Assembly (NCBI GenBank): GCA_963422375.2
Contig: OY729428.2
Location: 1,952,001-2,016,000 of the forward strand
Direction: 5' to 3'
Origin: Bryobacterales bacterium
Lineage (GTDB): Bacteria; Acidobacteriota; Terriglobia; Bryobacterales; UBA6623
Length of the DNA stretch: 64,000 nucleotides
The notes under the pieces were generated by a model. That model worked only from the letters and a program-made list of their open reading frames with translations. It did not search any database and was not told the DNA's origin. Positions 52,462-62,350 of this stretch are shown piece by piece. The position numbers and the translations under genes were made by a program. The stretch's first letter is position 1. The number at the start of each line of letters is the position of its first letter.

Positions 52462-53823
52462 TCAAATCTCCCCGAGCGAGTACTGATCAAGCTGTCGCGC
52501 GAGCGACGGCGACAGTTCCACCGACACGTCGACACCGGCCTCGCCGTCATGCCGTCGCATGACCCGGGCCCGCTCGTACAGCACAGCGAGGCTGCGGCCA
52601 TCCTCGTACGGCAGGCGGTAGCGCCGATGCACGGCCGGCCCCTTGCCGAGAATCTCGTCGATCGCCTCCAGCAGACTGTCCAGTCCCTGGCCCGTCCTTG
52701 CCGACACGCCCACGCAGCCTGCGACCGAGTTGCCGCTTCCGAAGAGCTCCAGATCGACCTGGCGCTCCCAGTCCTCGCCTCCGAGCAGGTCGCACTTGTT
52801 CAGGACCAACAGCTGGGGCTTGTCGCGAGCGCCCAGTTCCGCGAGCACACGATCCACCTCCTCGCGATACGTCGCCCGGCCGGCGGCGGACGCGTCGACG
52901 ACGTGTAGGACCATCGCGGCTTCCGTGAGTTCCTCAAGCGTGGCTCGAAACGCCTGGATCAGAGCCGGGGGCAGGTTGCGGATGAATCCGACGGTATCGG
53001 AGAGCACGGCGAGGCGGTTCGACGGGAGTCTCAGCTTCCGCAATGTAGGATCCAGCGTCGCGAACATGCGCGAGTCGGCCATGACGCTCGCCCGCGTGAG
53101 CGCGTTGAACAACGTCGACTTGCCGGCATTCGTGTACCCGCACAGCGCAACCGTCTGCACCGGCACGGAGGTCCGCTTGGACCTCTGCTGGCGGCGCGTC
53201 GAGCGCACCCTCTCGAGATCCGAGCGGAGCTTGACCATGCGCTTGCGGATCTTGCGGCGGTCGCGTTCTAGCTGCGTCTCGCCTGGGCCCCGCGTCCCGA
53301 TGCCGCCGCCGAGCCGTGACATCGAGGCGCCGCGGCCGGCCAGCCGCGGCAACAGGTAATCCAGCTGGGCCAGTTCGACCTGCAGCTTGCCTTCCCGCGT
53401 GCGGGCATGCCGGGCGAAGATGTCTAGGATGAGCTGCGTGCGGTCCAGGACGGGGCGCTCCAGCTCGCGCTCGAGATTCCTGTGCTGGGACGGCGCGAGG
53501 TCACAGTCGAAGAGGACGAAGTCGCAGCCCTCCTCGGCTGCCCAGGCTTGCAGCTCCCCGACCTTTCCGGCACCGAGCAGCGTTGCCGGAACCGGGCTCT
53601 CGCGCACCTGCACGCAGTGGCCCAGCACCTCCGCGCCCGCGCCCGCCGCCAGGTCCGCAAGCTCGGCGATGGACTCCTGCGCGGTAAACCGCCGGGGCGG
53701 AACGGTCGGCGGGCCTCCCGCCCGTCGAATCTCCAAGCCCGCAAGGATGCAGCGTTCCGGAGTTGCGTCCTCGTCCCGAGGCCGTGCGGCTCGGCGGATA
53801 CCTTGGGTTCTGCCGGACGTCAA
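52462..53823 (-). CDS. hflX: GTPase HflX
   Basis: DRTQLILDIFARHARTREGKLQVELAQL, GGGIGTRGPGETQLE, GYTNAGKST, FATLDPT, DTVGFI, NKCD. Confidence 0.96.
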   Translation of the reverse strand: MTSGRTQGIRRAARPRDEDATPERCILAGLEIRRAGGPPTVPPRRFTAQESIAELADLAAGAGAEVLGHCVQVRESPVPATLLGAGKVGELQAWAAEEGCDFVLFDCDLAPSQHRNLERELERPVLDRTQLILDIFARHARTREGKLQVELAQLDYLLPRLAGRGASMSRLGGGIGTRGPGETQLERDRRKIRKRMVKLRSDLERVRSTRRQQRSKRTSVPVQTVALCGYTNAGKSTLFNALTRASVMADSRMFATLDPTLRKLRLPSNRLAVLSDTVGFIRNLPPALIQAFRATLEELTEAAMVLHVVDASAAGRATYREEVDRVLAELGARDKPQLLVLNKCDLLGGEDWERQVDLELFGSGNSVAGCVGVSARTGQGLDSLLEAIDEILGKGPAVHRRYRLPYEDGRSLAVLYERARVMRRHDGEAGVDVSVELSPSLARQLDQYSLGEI

Positions 53824-54173
53824 TCTGTGGGATCCTCGAGTCGACGTGTTGCGGACGGCCGCGACGCGACCGAAACTAGGCCCTTAGCATATCAGTGACG
53901 GGGCCACCCCGACGCCGACACCCGCTACGCAGGCGGCCGTACGCCATCGGGGTGAATGCCGTCGGACCGAGGCACTCGTCCGGGCCGCGCTCCGAGCGCC
54001 CGTACCCCGGGAGTCAGCCCGGTCCTATGCCGCGGATGCCGACTGGCGGGACTGCCCTTGCAGGCAACCGTATGAACCTACGGCTTGTATTGCCAGCGTC
54101 TACGAGCACAACATATTGGCATTCGTGCTCGGCTGCCATTCCTCCCATCAGGAGAGTGCTACAATAAGACCCG

Positions 54174-55046
54174 GTGCTGATTCCCTTCGTTCGACAGATC
54201 GGCGCGACGATCCGGAACCTCAATCCCGAGGAGGTCCGTTCCGAAGTTCGCCGTCCGGTCCGGTTCGGCGTCCTCGCCGCCGGAGAGGGCTGCGTTCACG
54301 ATATCCGAGAGCTGCTGCGCCCCCAGGCGACTTCTGTCGGCCGGCACGAGGTTGTCCGCATCGCGAGGGAAGGGGACTTCGACAGGGTCGGCTTCGGATT
54401 CGCCGAGCGCGGCGTGCCTCATCCGCCCCATTTCTACTCGTTCGATTCCAGTGACCCTCGCGCGACAGCCGCGGCCCTGCTGGACGAGCACGAGGACGAC
54501 TGGCTGCCGCTCGCCTGCAACTTCGCCGGCCTGCGCCCGCTGGTGACCGAGAGACTGATCTGGAAGGTGGCGAAGGAGAACGCGTTCTTCACCGTGGCGA
54601 CGTCCCTGCCGAACATCCTGCCGGCCGTCCTGGTGCTGCCGTGGGTAGCTGGCGAGTTCGCCTCCGACACGGCCTTCCTCACGATGAATCAGGTGCGGCT
54701 CTCGTTCCTGCTGGCAGCGGCTCACGGCAACGAGATCGGGTACGACAGGCAGACCCTGAAGATCGGCTCGGTCGTGGGAGCCGCCTTCGGCTGGCGGGCC
54801 CTCGCCCGGCAGGTCGCGTCGAAGGTGCCGGCCGGCGGCGGCCTCGTCTCGAAGGGCCTCATCGCGTTCGCCGGGACCTACGTCGTCGGACGGGGCCTCG
54901 AGCACTGGTTTCGCGAGGGCACCGACATGGACCTGGCCGCGCGGAGGGAGCACCTGGCGGAGGCCTACCAGCGGGGCAGGTCCGCTGTCGAGAGCATCGT
55001 CCACGGAGCGCTGTCGGTCTCGCGGGCCGCCGAGGGACGCGCCTAG
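54174..55046 (+). CDS. Conserved hypothetical protein (C-terminal DUF697/EcsC-like helical region)
   Basis: 290-aa coding-like ORF (ENAFF...SDTAFLTMNQ...GAAFGWRALAR...IAFAGTYVVG); extended -10 TGCTACAAT just upstream. Confidence 0.75.
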   Translation: MLIPFVRQIGATIRNLNPEEVRSEVRRPVRFGVLAAGEGCVHDIRELLRPQATSVGRHEVVRIAREGDFDRVGFGFAERGVPHPPHFYSFDSSDPRATAAALLDEHEDDWLPLACNFAGLRPLVTERLIWKVAKENAFFTVATSLPNILPAVLVLPWVAGEFASDTAFLTMNQVRLSFLLAAAHGNEIGYDRQTLKIGSVVGAAFGWRALARQVASKVPAGGGLVSKGLIAFAGTYVVGRGLEHWFREGTDMDLAARREHLAEAYQRGRSAVESIVHGALSVSRAAEGRA

Positions 55047-55112
55047 CGTCCGGTGCAGCGGGTCCGGCCGCTCGCGCGGAGTCTCCCGCGCTCCGCGATA
55101 CGCTCGGAGGTG

Positions 55113-55658
55113 GTGCGGGTCATCGGGGGCATTTACCGGCGCAGGCGTCTCTCCGCGCTGCCCGGCACAAGCACGCGACCGATGCTCGGCCGCATGCGAG
55201 AGACGCTCTTCGACATTCTGCAAGGGCAGGTCGAGGGCAGGGTATTTGCCGACCTGTATGCGGGCACCGGCGCGGTCGGCATAGAGGCCCTCAGCCGGGG
55301 GGCCCGGTGCGCCGTCTTTGTCGAGTCGAACGCGAGAGCGGCCATGGTGATCCGGCGCAACTTGGAAGCGCTGGGCGCGCAGGACCGTGCAGAGATCCGG
55401 GTCGCAGCGGTGCGGGAGGCGGTCCGCGGAGTCGGCGCGGACATCTACTTTCTCGGGCCCCCGTACGCGGCCCGGCGCGAATACGCGGAAACACTGGAGC
55501 TGCTTTCGGAGCGGTCGGCCGAGTGGGTGATCGCCCAGCACGGCGGTCTGGTGGAGCTCGCGGAGAGCTACGGCTCCCTTGCCAAGGTCCGGGTAGTCAG
55601 GATCGGAGGCCATCGCCTCGCGCTCTTCCGCCATGCCCTTGGCGGCAATGATGGCTGA
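55113..55658 (+). CDS. rsmD: 16S rRNA m2G966 methyltransferase
   Basis: RVIGG.YRRRRL, TRP...R.RETLF, DLYAGTGAVGIEALSRGA, VFVE, xPPY. Confidence 0.9.
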   Translation: MRVIGGIYRRRRLSALPGTSTRPMLGRMRETLFDILQGQVEGRVFADLYAGTGAVGIEALSRGARCAVFVESNARAAMVIRRNLEALGAQDRAEIRVAAVREAVRGVGADIYFLGPPYAARREYAETLELLSERSAEWVIAQHGGLVELAESYGSLAKVRVVRIGGHRLALFRHALGGNDG

Positions 55659-55674
55659 CCGCCCTGCCGCGCCG

Positions 55675-57000
55675 TCAGCGACCGTCGCTCAAGAGCGTTC
55701 GCGCGACCTCCTCGATCTGGTCGAAGACCCAGTCGATCTGCCGGTCGCTGATCACGTAGGGCGGCATGAAGTACACCAAGTCGCCGTAGGGCCGCAGCAG
55801 CAGGTCGCGCTTGAGAAACTCGGCCCCCATGCGCGGGCCCAATGCCGAGAGGTAGCCCTCGCCGCCGGTCTCGAACTCCACGATCGCCACGTCGCCGATG
55901 TGGCGGACGTCCCGAACGTAGTCGAGCTCCGCGAAGGCCTCCAGCCGCGACCGCATCCTCGCCTCAATCTCCTGAATCCTGCCGAGCACGCCGTCCTGCT
56001 CGAAGATGTCCAGCCCCGCGAGGGCGGCGGCGCAGCCGAGCGGGTTGGCGGTGAAGGAGTGCCCGTGGAAGAACGTCTTGCGACGATCGTCGCTGAGGAA
56101 GGCGTCGTACACCCGCTCGGACGCAACCGTGACCGCCAGCGGCAGGTAACCGCAGGTGAGACCCTTGGAAAGGCAGATCAGGTCCGGCTCGACCGGGCCG
56201 TGCTCGCAGGCGAACATCGGGCCGGTCCGTCCGAACCCGGTCATGACCTCGTCGGCGATCAGCAGCAGCCCAAACTCGTCGCAGAGCGCCCTCAGGTGCC
56301 GCAGGAACTCCGGCTTCCACACGCGCATTCCGCCGGCCGCCTGCAGCATCGGCTCGATGATCACGGCGGCGATGTCCGCGGCGCGGCGCTCCAGCAGTGC
56401 GCGGATGTCCGTCAGTTCCCCGGTCGCGCTGCCGTCGCGCTCCGGAACCATCGACGCGAGGTAGTCGGAAGGGACCCGAGCCCGCTCCACGCGGAATAGC
56501 AGCGGCGCGTAGCTGGCGGTGAACAGGGAGCCGTGACTGGCGGACATCGCTCCCACCGTGTCGCCGTGGTAGGCGTGTTCGAGCGCCAGGAACGTGCGCC
56601 GGCGGTCCTCGCCCCGGTTCGTCCAGTACTGGTAGGCCATCTTCAGAGCGACTTCGACCGCCGTCGAGCCGTTGTCGGAGTAGAAGACGCGGCCGGGACT
56701 CACCGGCAGCCGCTCGAGCAGCCGCTCGGCCAGCTCGACAGCCGGCGGGTGCGTGCAGCCAGCGAACATCACGTGCTCGAGACGGCTCGCCTGGGCCGCG
56801 ATGGCCCTGCCGACTCGGGGATTGCAGTGCCCGTGGACATTGACCCACCACGACGAGATGCCGTCGAGGACGCGCCTTCCGTCCTCCGTGACTAGGAACG
56901 GGCCGTCCCCCGCAACCACCGGCAGAGGGTCGGGAGCGGTCTTCATCTGGGTGAACGGATGCCAGATGCAGGACCGGTCCCTTGCGGCCAACGAAGGCAT
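55675..57000 (-). CDS. bioA: Adenosylmethionine-8-amino-7-oxononanoate transaminase
   Basis: IWHPFTQM, DGISSWWVNVHGH, SDNGSTAVEVALKMA, YHGDT, ADEVMTGFGRTG, SKGLT, HGHSFTANP. Confidence 0.95.
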   Translation of the reverse strand: MPSLAARDRSCIWHPFTQMKTAPDPLPVVAGDGPFLVTEDGRRVLDGISSWWVNVHGHCNPRVGRAIAAQASRLEHVMFAGCTHPPAVELAERLLERLPVSPGRVFYSDNGSTAVEVALKMAYQYWTNRGEDRRRTFLALEHAYHGDTVGAMSASHGSLFTASYAPLLFRVERARVPSDYLASMVPERDGSATGELTDIRALLERRAADIAAVIIEPMLQAAGGMRVWKPEFLRHLRALCDEFGLLLIADEVMTGFGRTGPMFACEHGPVEPDLICLSKGLTCGYLPLAVTVASERVYDAFLSDDRRKTFFHGHSFTANPLGCAAALAGLDIFEQDGVLGRIQEIEARMRSRLEAFAELDYVRDVRHIGDVAIVEFETGGEGYLSALGPRMGAEFLKRDLLLRPYGDLVYFMPPYVISDRQIDWVFDQIEEVARTLLSDGR

Positions 57001-57096
57001 CATGTTAGGTTAGCCGAGCGCCAGCGCCGACCGGCTGCTGCCGGGGGCTGCTGGGGCGTCCTTCGGGGCGCCGCCCGGCGGGCGGCATGGAAACCG

Positions 57097-58350
57097 ATGC
57101 CACGTCTCAAGGCCCTTCTTGCGCTAGCTCTCGCCTATCCGGTGTGGGGCGCCGATATCTCCGTGCTGCGGGAGCGGGTGGACCGGCTCCTGCCGGTCGC
57201 GATGGAGACCCACGGGATCGACCTGTGGCTCGTGTTCACCAGGGAGGAGTCCCGGGACCCGCTCGCCGCGGATCTGGCCGGAGGCGACGCGGTGGCCCGC
57301 ATGGCGCTCTTGTTCGATCGTGCGAAGGGCCGGTTCCGCAAGACGGCGATCGCGGCCAGCTACGACGTCACGCCGCTGGAGGAATCCGGCATCTACGACG
57401 AGGTGATCGGCTACAAGCGCGAGGGCATCAAGCCTCACCTCAGAAGGTTCGCAGACGACCTCGACCCGGCCCGCATCGCGGTTAACACGTCGCGCGACAT
57501 GCCGATCGCCGACGGCCTGACGGCGGGGATGAGGGCCTACCTCGAGGAGGTCCTCGGACAGGACTTCGCCGACCGCTTCGTTTCGTCCGAACCGCTGGTA
57601 GCCTCGTTTCGCGGCCGTCGCCTGAAGGGCGAGGTCGAGACGCTGCGGGAGGCCGCCCGACACACCGACGCCATGATGCGCGATGCGCTCTCGCGGCTGG
57701 CGATCAACCCCGGGGTGACCACGGAACGCGACGTCGGAGAGTACCTGCGGAGCCGCACTGCAATGGTCGGCGCAACCGTCCCTTTCATCAGCGTCGTGAC
57801 CGGGCCCTCCCGCGGCCACGCCGAGCCGAGCGACCGTCTGATCGAGCGCGGCGACTTGGTCCGGATCGATTTCGGCATTACGCTGCGGGGGTATTCTACG
57901 GACCTTCAGCGCACCGCGTACGTCCTGCGGATCGGGGAGACGGAGCCTCCGGAGCAGATCCGCAAGATGTGGGACGTCACGCGGCGGGCGGCGGACCGCC
58001 AGATCGAGGCCATGAAGCCGGGAGTCAGCGGGACGGAGATCGACGCGATCGCCCGCAAGACGCTGGAGGACGCCGGATACGAAGGGCCGCCGCACGGGAC
58101 CGGCCACGCGATCGGGTTCGTCGTCCACGACGTGGGCCCGCTGCTGGGCCCGGACTGGCCCGAGCGCTACGGCACCACCGTCTTCCTCAAGTTGGAGGAG
58201 GGGCAGACCTTCGCGGTCGAGCCGATTCTCTACGCCGACTACGGGGACGTTGGGGAGATCCACATCGGCTTGGAGGAAGACGTGGTGATTACCTCCCGAG
58301 GTGCCCGGCCGCTGCACGAGCCCCAGAGGAACCTCATCCTCATCAAGTAG
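57097..58350 (+). CDS. M24 family (Xaa-Pro) metallopeptidase, exported
   Basis: Signal peptide; IDFG...YSTDLQRT, HGTGHAIG..VHD, FAVEP, LEEDV. Confidence 0.9.
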   Translation: MPRLKALLALALAYPVWGADISVLRERVDRLLPVAMETHGIDLWLVFTREESRDPLAADLAGGDAVARMALLFDRAKGRFRKTAIAASYDVTPLEESGIYDEVIGYKREGIKPHLRRFADDLDPARIAVNTSRDMPIADGLTAGMRAYLEEVLGQDFADRFVSSEPLVASFRGRRLKGEVETLREAARHTDAMMRDALSRLAINPGVTTERDVGEYLRSRTAMVGATVPFISVVTGPSRGHAEPSDRLIERGDLVRIDFGITLRGYSTDLQRTAYVLRIGETEPPEQIRKMWDVTRRAADRQIEAMKPGVSGTEIDAIARKTLEDAGYEGPPHGTGHAIGFVVHDVGPLLGPDWPERYGTTVFLKLEEGQTFAVEPILYADYGDVGEIHIGLEEDVVITSRGARPLHEPQRNLILIK

Positions 58351-58386
58351 GGGCACGCTGCGAGGGGCTCTCCCGGGGCCCGGCGC

Positions 58387-59772
58387 CTACGGATTCTGCA
58401 CTTCCTTGGTCAAGTCCTGTAGCGCCTTCTTCGCGTCGGCGAAGAGCATCAGCGTCTTGTCGTGAGCGAACAGCGGGTTCGGAATCCCGGCGAAACCGGG
58501 ACTCAGGCTGCGTTTGACCACGACCACCACCTGGGATTTGTCGACTTCGAGGATGGGCATCCCGTAGATCGGGCTGCCGGGCTCGTCGCGGGCGGACGGG
58601 TTGACCACGTCGTTGGCTCCGAGGATGACCGTCACGTCGCTCTCGGCGAAGAGAGGGTTGATCGAGTCCATGTCGTACAGCCGGTCGTAGGGCACGTCGG
58701 CCTCCGCCAGCAGCACGTTCATGTGGCCGGGCATCCTGCCGGCGACGGGATGGATGGCGTAGCGGACCTCCGCGCCGCGCGACTCGAGCAGGCTGGCGAA
58801 GTCGCGCACGGCATGCTGGGCCTGGGCCACGGCCATCCCGTACCCCGGCACGACGGTGACGATGCGGGCCCCGTCGAAGAGCAGCGCCGCTTCCTCGGCT
58901 CCGGCGCTCTTGACGCGCCCGGAATAGATGTCCTCCTCCGGGCCGCTGGCGGCGGCCGCGCCCAAGTCCCCGCGCAGCACGTCCCACAGCGACCGGTTCA
59001 TCGCCTTGCACATGATTTGCGTCAGGATGAAGCCCGAGGCTCCGACCAGCGAGCCCGCAATGATCAGGACGTTGTTGCCGAGCACGAAGCCCGTGGCGGC
59101 GGCCGCTAGGCCGGAGCACGAATTCAACAGCGCGATCACCACAGGCATGTCGGCGCCGCCGACGGCGACGGTCAGCAGCAGGCCGTACACCAGCGCCGCC
59201 GCGCACAGCCCCGCGAACGCCCAGAGGAGGTCGCTGTCGAGCACGTACAGCGCCCCTAGGGCGACGCCCGCGAGCGCCGAGCCGGATCCGAGAATCTGGA
59301 TTCCCAGGCCGCGCGGCTGCAAGCGGAGGACGCCCTGGAGCTTCGCCCACGCGACGAGGCTGCCGCTGAGCGTGGCGGATCCGATGAACGCCGAAAGCGC
59401 GACGGAGACGTGCAGCTGGATCGCGGGAACGGTGGCCGAGGCCTGCGGCATGAACGCGGCCGCCGCCGCGACCAGCGCTGACGCCCCGCCGCCGAAGCCG
59501 TTGAATGCCGCCACAAGCTGCGGCATGTCGGTCATCTGCACCTTCACGGCCCAGACGACACCGATCGCGGTTCCGAGGGCGAGCCCGAGAGCGATCACCT
59601 CGAAGCTGACGACTTGCCGGTCCACCAAGGTCGCCAGCACCGCAGCGAGCATGCCGAAGGCGCCGAGCAGGTTGCCCCGCACGGCGGTGCGCGGCGACGT
59701 CAGACCCTTGAGTCCGAGTATGAACAGCACCGCGGCCGCTAGGTAGGCCGCGTTGATCCAGTTCGCGTTCAT
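58387..59772 (-). CDS. pntB: NAD(P) transhydrogenase subunit beta
   Basis: MTDMPQLVAAFNGFGG, GGADMPVVIALLNS, PGYGMAVAQAQH, HPVAGRMPGHMNVLLAEA, GANDVVNP. Confidence 0.97.
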   Translation of the reverse strand: MNANWINAAYLAAAVLFILGLKGLTSPRTAVRGNLLGAFGMLAAVLATLVDRQVVSFEVIALGLALGTAIGVVWAVKVQMTDMPQLVAAFNGFGGGASALVAAAAAFMPQASATVPAIQLHVSVALSAFIGSATLSGSLVAWAKLQGVLRLQPRGLGIQILGSGSALAGVALGALYVLDSDLLWAFAGLCAAALVYGLLLTVAVGGADMPVVIALLNSCSGLAAAATGFVLGNNVLIIAGSLVGASGFILTQIMCKAMNRSLWDVLRGDLGAAAASGPEEDIYSGRVKSAGAEEAALLFDGARIVTVVPGYGMAVAQAQHAVRDFASLLESRGAEVRYAIHPVAGRMPGHMNVLLAEADVPYDRLYDMDSINPLFAESDVTVILGANDVVNPSARDEPGSPIYGMPILEVDKSQVVVVVKRSLSPGFAGIPNPLFAHDKTLMLFADAKKALQDLTKEVQNP

Positions 59773-60062
59773 GGTCGGCCCTGCTTCTTGCGCCGGAACA
59801 TGGCCAGCATGCGGTTGGTGATCAGAAAGCCGCCCACGACATTCACTGTCGCGAGGACGACAGCGCCGCAGCCGAGGTACTTGGCGGCGTCGCTCTCCCC
59901 GGCTCCGGCCGCGACCAGCGCCCCGACAATCGTGATCCCGGAGATGGCATTGGACCCCGACATCAGGGGAGTGTGCAGGGTGGACGGGATCTTGGTGATG
60001 ATTTCGAACCCGACGAACACGGCGAGGGCGAACACAGTGATCGAGACAAGGAAGGCTTCCAT
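59769..60062 (-). CDS. pntA: NAD(P) transhydrogenase subunit alpha part 2 (membrane)
   Basis: MEAFLVSITVFALAVFVGFEIITKIPSTLHTPLMSGSNAISG...NVVGGF..T.RML.MF. Confidence 0.95.
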   Translation of the reverse strand: MEAFLVSITVFALAVFVGFEIITKIPSTLHTPLMSGSNAISGITIVGALVAAGAGESDAAKYLGCGAVVLATVNVVGGFLITNRMLAMFRRKKQGRP

Positions 60063-60073
60063 CGGGCGCTCCG

Positions 60074-61219
60074 CTACGCCGGCCTGCCGAGAGCGTCCAG
60101 CGCGCTCTTGACTTGGGGGTGAACGACCGCCCCTCCGCTCGCGACCAGAGCGCCGCGCACGACCTCGTCCTCGAGATCGATCAGCAGCTCCCCGTTGTCG
60201 ATGAGCAGGGAGGCCAGGTTCAGCATGTTCTTCGAGTACATCTGGCTGGCGTGAGCAGGGACCGTCGAGGGGAGGTTGACCGGGCCGTCGACTGTCACGC
60301 CGTCGCGCACGACGACCTCGCCAGGCACCGTCAGGGCGCAGTTCCCGCCGCGCTCGGCCGCCAAATCGACGATCACCGTGCCCGGCCTGAGGCGGTCGGT
60401 GATCTCCCGGGGCAATAGCATCGGTGCCTTGCGGCCCGGGACCGCTGCCGTCGTGACGATCACGTCCACGGCGGAGAGATGCTGCCCCAATGCCTCCTGC
60501 TGCCGGCGGTAGTACTCCTTGGATTGCTCGGCGGCGTACCCGCCGCTTCCGGTTGCGCGCTCCATGCCCACGTCGAGTTCCACGAAGGAAGCCCCGAGGC
60601 TCTCCACCTGCTCCTTGACCTCCGGCCGGATATCGTACCCTTCCACCCGAGCGCCTAGGCGTCGCGCCGTCGCGATGGCCTGCAGGCCAGCGACCCCGGC
60701 GCCGATGACGAGCACGCGAGCGGGGGTGAGGGTTCCGGCCGCGGTCATCATCAGGGGAAACAGGCACGGCGCGTGCTCGGCCGCGCGCAGCACCGCCTTG
60801 TAGCCGGCGATCATCGCCATGGAACTCAGGGCGTCCATCGCTTGCGCGCGAGTGATGCGCGGGATCAGCTCGGCCGACAGCAGCGCGATGCCGCGGCTCG
60901 CCAGCGCGCCCATCCCAGCGGGATCGTCCATCGGGGCGATGAAGCCGACGAGGGCGGCGGACGGCTTGAGACGCTCGGCGTCGGCGAGCGCGAGGCCGTT
61001 GACCGTGATGACCAAGTCCGCACCGTCGAGCGCCATGCCGCGGCTCGATACCGCGGCCCCGGCCGCCGCGTAGCCGGCGTCCGGAATGTAGGCTGCGGAT
61101 CCCGCGCCTTCCTCGACGACGACTTCCGCGCCCTGCTTACGCAACGCCGCCGCATCCTTCGGGACAAGCGCTACTCGCCGCTCGCCGTGGCGAGACTCTG
61201 TGGGTACGGCAACCTTCAT
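60074..61219 (-). CDS. pntA: NAD(P) transhydrogenase subunit alpha part 1 (NAD-binding)
   Basis: ERRVALVP, PRITRAQAMDALSS, MMTAAGT, GAGVAGLQA, VDLAAERGGNC. Confidence 0.96.
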   Translation of the reverse strand: MKVAVPTESRHGERRVALVPKDAAALRKQGAEVVVEEGAGSAAYIPDAGYAAAGAAVSSRGMALDGADLVITVNGLALADAERLKPSAALVGFIAPMDDPAGMGALASRGIALLSAELIPRITRAQAMDALSSMAMIAGYKAVLRAAEHAPCLFPLMMTAAGTLTPARVLVIGAGVAGLQAIATARRLGARVEGYDIRPEVKEQVESLGASFVELDVGMERATGSGGYAAEQSKEYYRRQQEALGQHLSAVDVIVTTAAVPGRKAPMLLPREITDRLRPGTVIVDLAAERGGNCALTVPGEVVVRDGVTVDGPVNLPSTVPAHASQMYSKNMLNLASLLIDNGELLIDLEDEVVRGALVASGGAVVHPQVKSALDALGRPA

Positions 61220-61779
61220 CGGGATTCCCGCGCTTCGCGCGGGCCTTGCGCCCGGACAGGACCTGAATTCAGTTTGGCAAACGTCCGGGCCGGGTGTCGA
61301 CCGACTCCTGATGAATGGTTTCTATCGGGCCCATTCACGGAATTGCTGAGACCCCTCTGAACCAAGAATTTTCGACAATGTCTCCGTATGAATTCGTCAG
61401 ATTACCATTCGTTCTGCGTTCGATCGCTCTGCGCATCGTTCGCGACGCCTTGCGATCGCCGCCTCCTTCCGGCAGGCGCGAGAGACGGCTCCCGCCGCGC
61501 CCGTCGCTAGGCTTGGTGCGCAACGGTCTCCAACGGACTCGTGGCGCGGGGCCGCTCGAATCGGGCTGGCGCGGAGGCCCTATTCCCGGACCCATTTCTG
61601 AATCAGTGGCGGCCCGCCTCGGGGGGCGCGGGTCAGGCCGGCGAACAGCTTCCCGCGCCGTCCGCACCCAGCCGTTCTGGCTCCGTGCCGTCGACGAGTG
61701 CCAAGAGAGAGCCGTTCGTTGCGCTCCCGACCCGGATGCCGTTCTTCCAGCACGGGTCGCGCACGGCCCCTGCGATGCG

Positions 61780-62350
61780 CTTGCCGGGTCCGACACGTAA
61801 CGCATGTCGTCGGCAGCTACCGCAATCCCGCTCCGCCTTCCGAAGCGCCTCCGATGGTCCACCAAGCGCAGCTCCCTGTCGAAGACCTGTTCCCGATCGT
61901 CGTCCCGGTCAGCCACGAAGAGTCGGTCGCGCGAGTCGAATGCCAGCGCGCGAGGATCATCGCGGTCCTCGTGGCCCGAACATGCGCGGCCCCGCGAGTC
62001 GACGCAACGCCCGTCAGCGGTCAAGCGGACGATTCGGTCGCAGTCCTGCTGGCTCGCGGACGGGCGCGGGAAATGTCCGTCTGCACCGAAGATGTCGCCG
62101 CTCTAGCCCGTCGCGCCGGCGGTCGGAGCGACGAATCTATCCCGGCCTGCCCGCGAGGTGCCGGCCATTGCCAGCGCAAGCAGCAGCTCGCCCTGCGGGC
62201 TGAGCTTGAAGAACTGGTAGCCTCTCCGGCCAGCGGCGGGTCGTTCCTGAACGGTCCGCTGTCGTCGGTCTCGAAGCTGCCGTCGCGGTCCATGCAGAAT
62301 CCATGCATGTGGGCGAACCTCCCCTCGCCGAAAGCCTCAAGGCACAACCC
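61780..62350 (-). pseudogene. NHL-repeat protein (peptidyl-alpha-hydroxyglycine lyase-like) remnant
   Basis: FGEGRFAHMHGFCMDRDG; PRALAFDSRDRLFVADR...QVFD; FGRRSGIAV..DD..YVSD; frameshifts and stop. Confidence 0.75.

Noticed and set aside
54014..54140. Degenerate hfq upstream of hflX
   Set aside because: Only a faint QYVVLV resemblance; no Sm1 motif and no (Y/F)KHAI.
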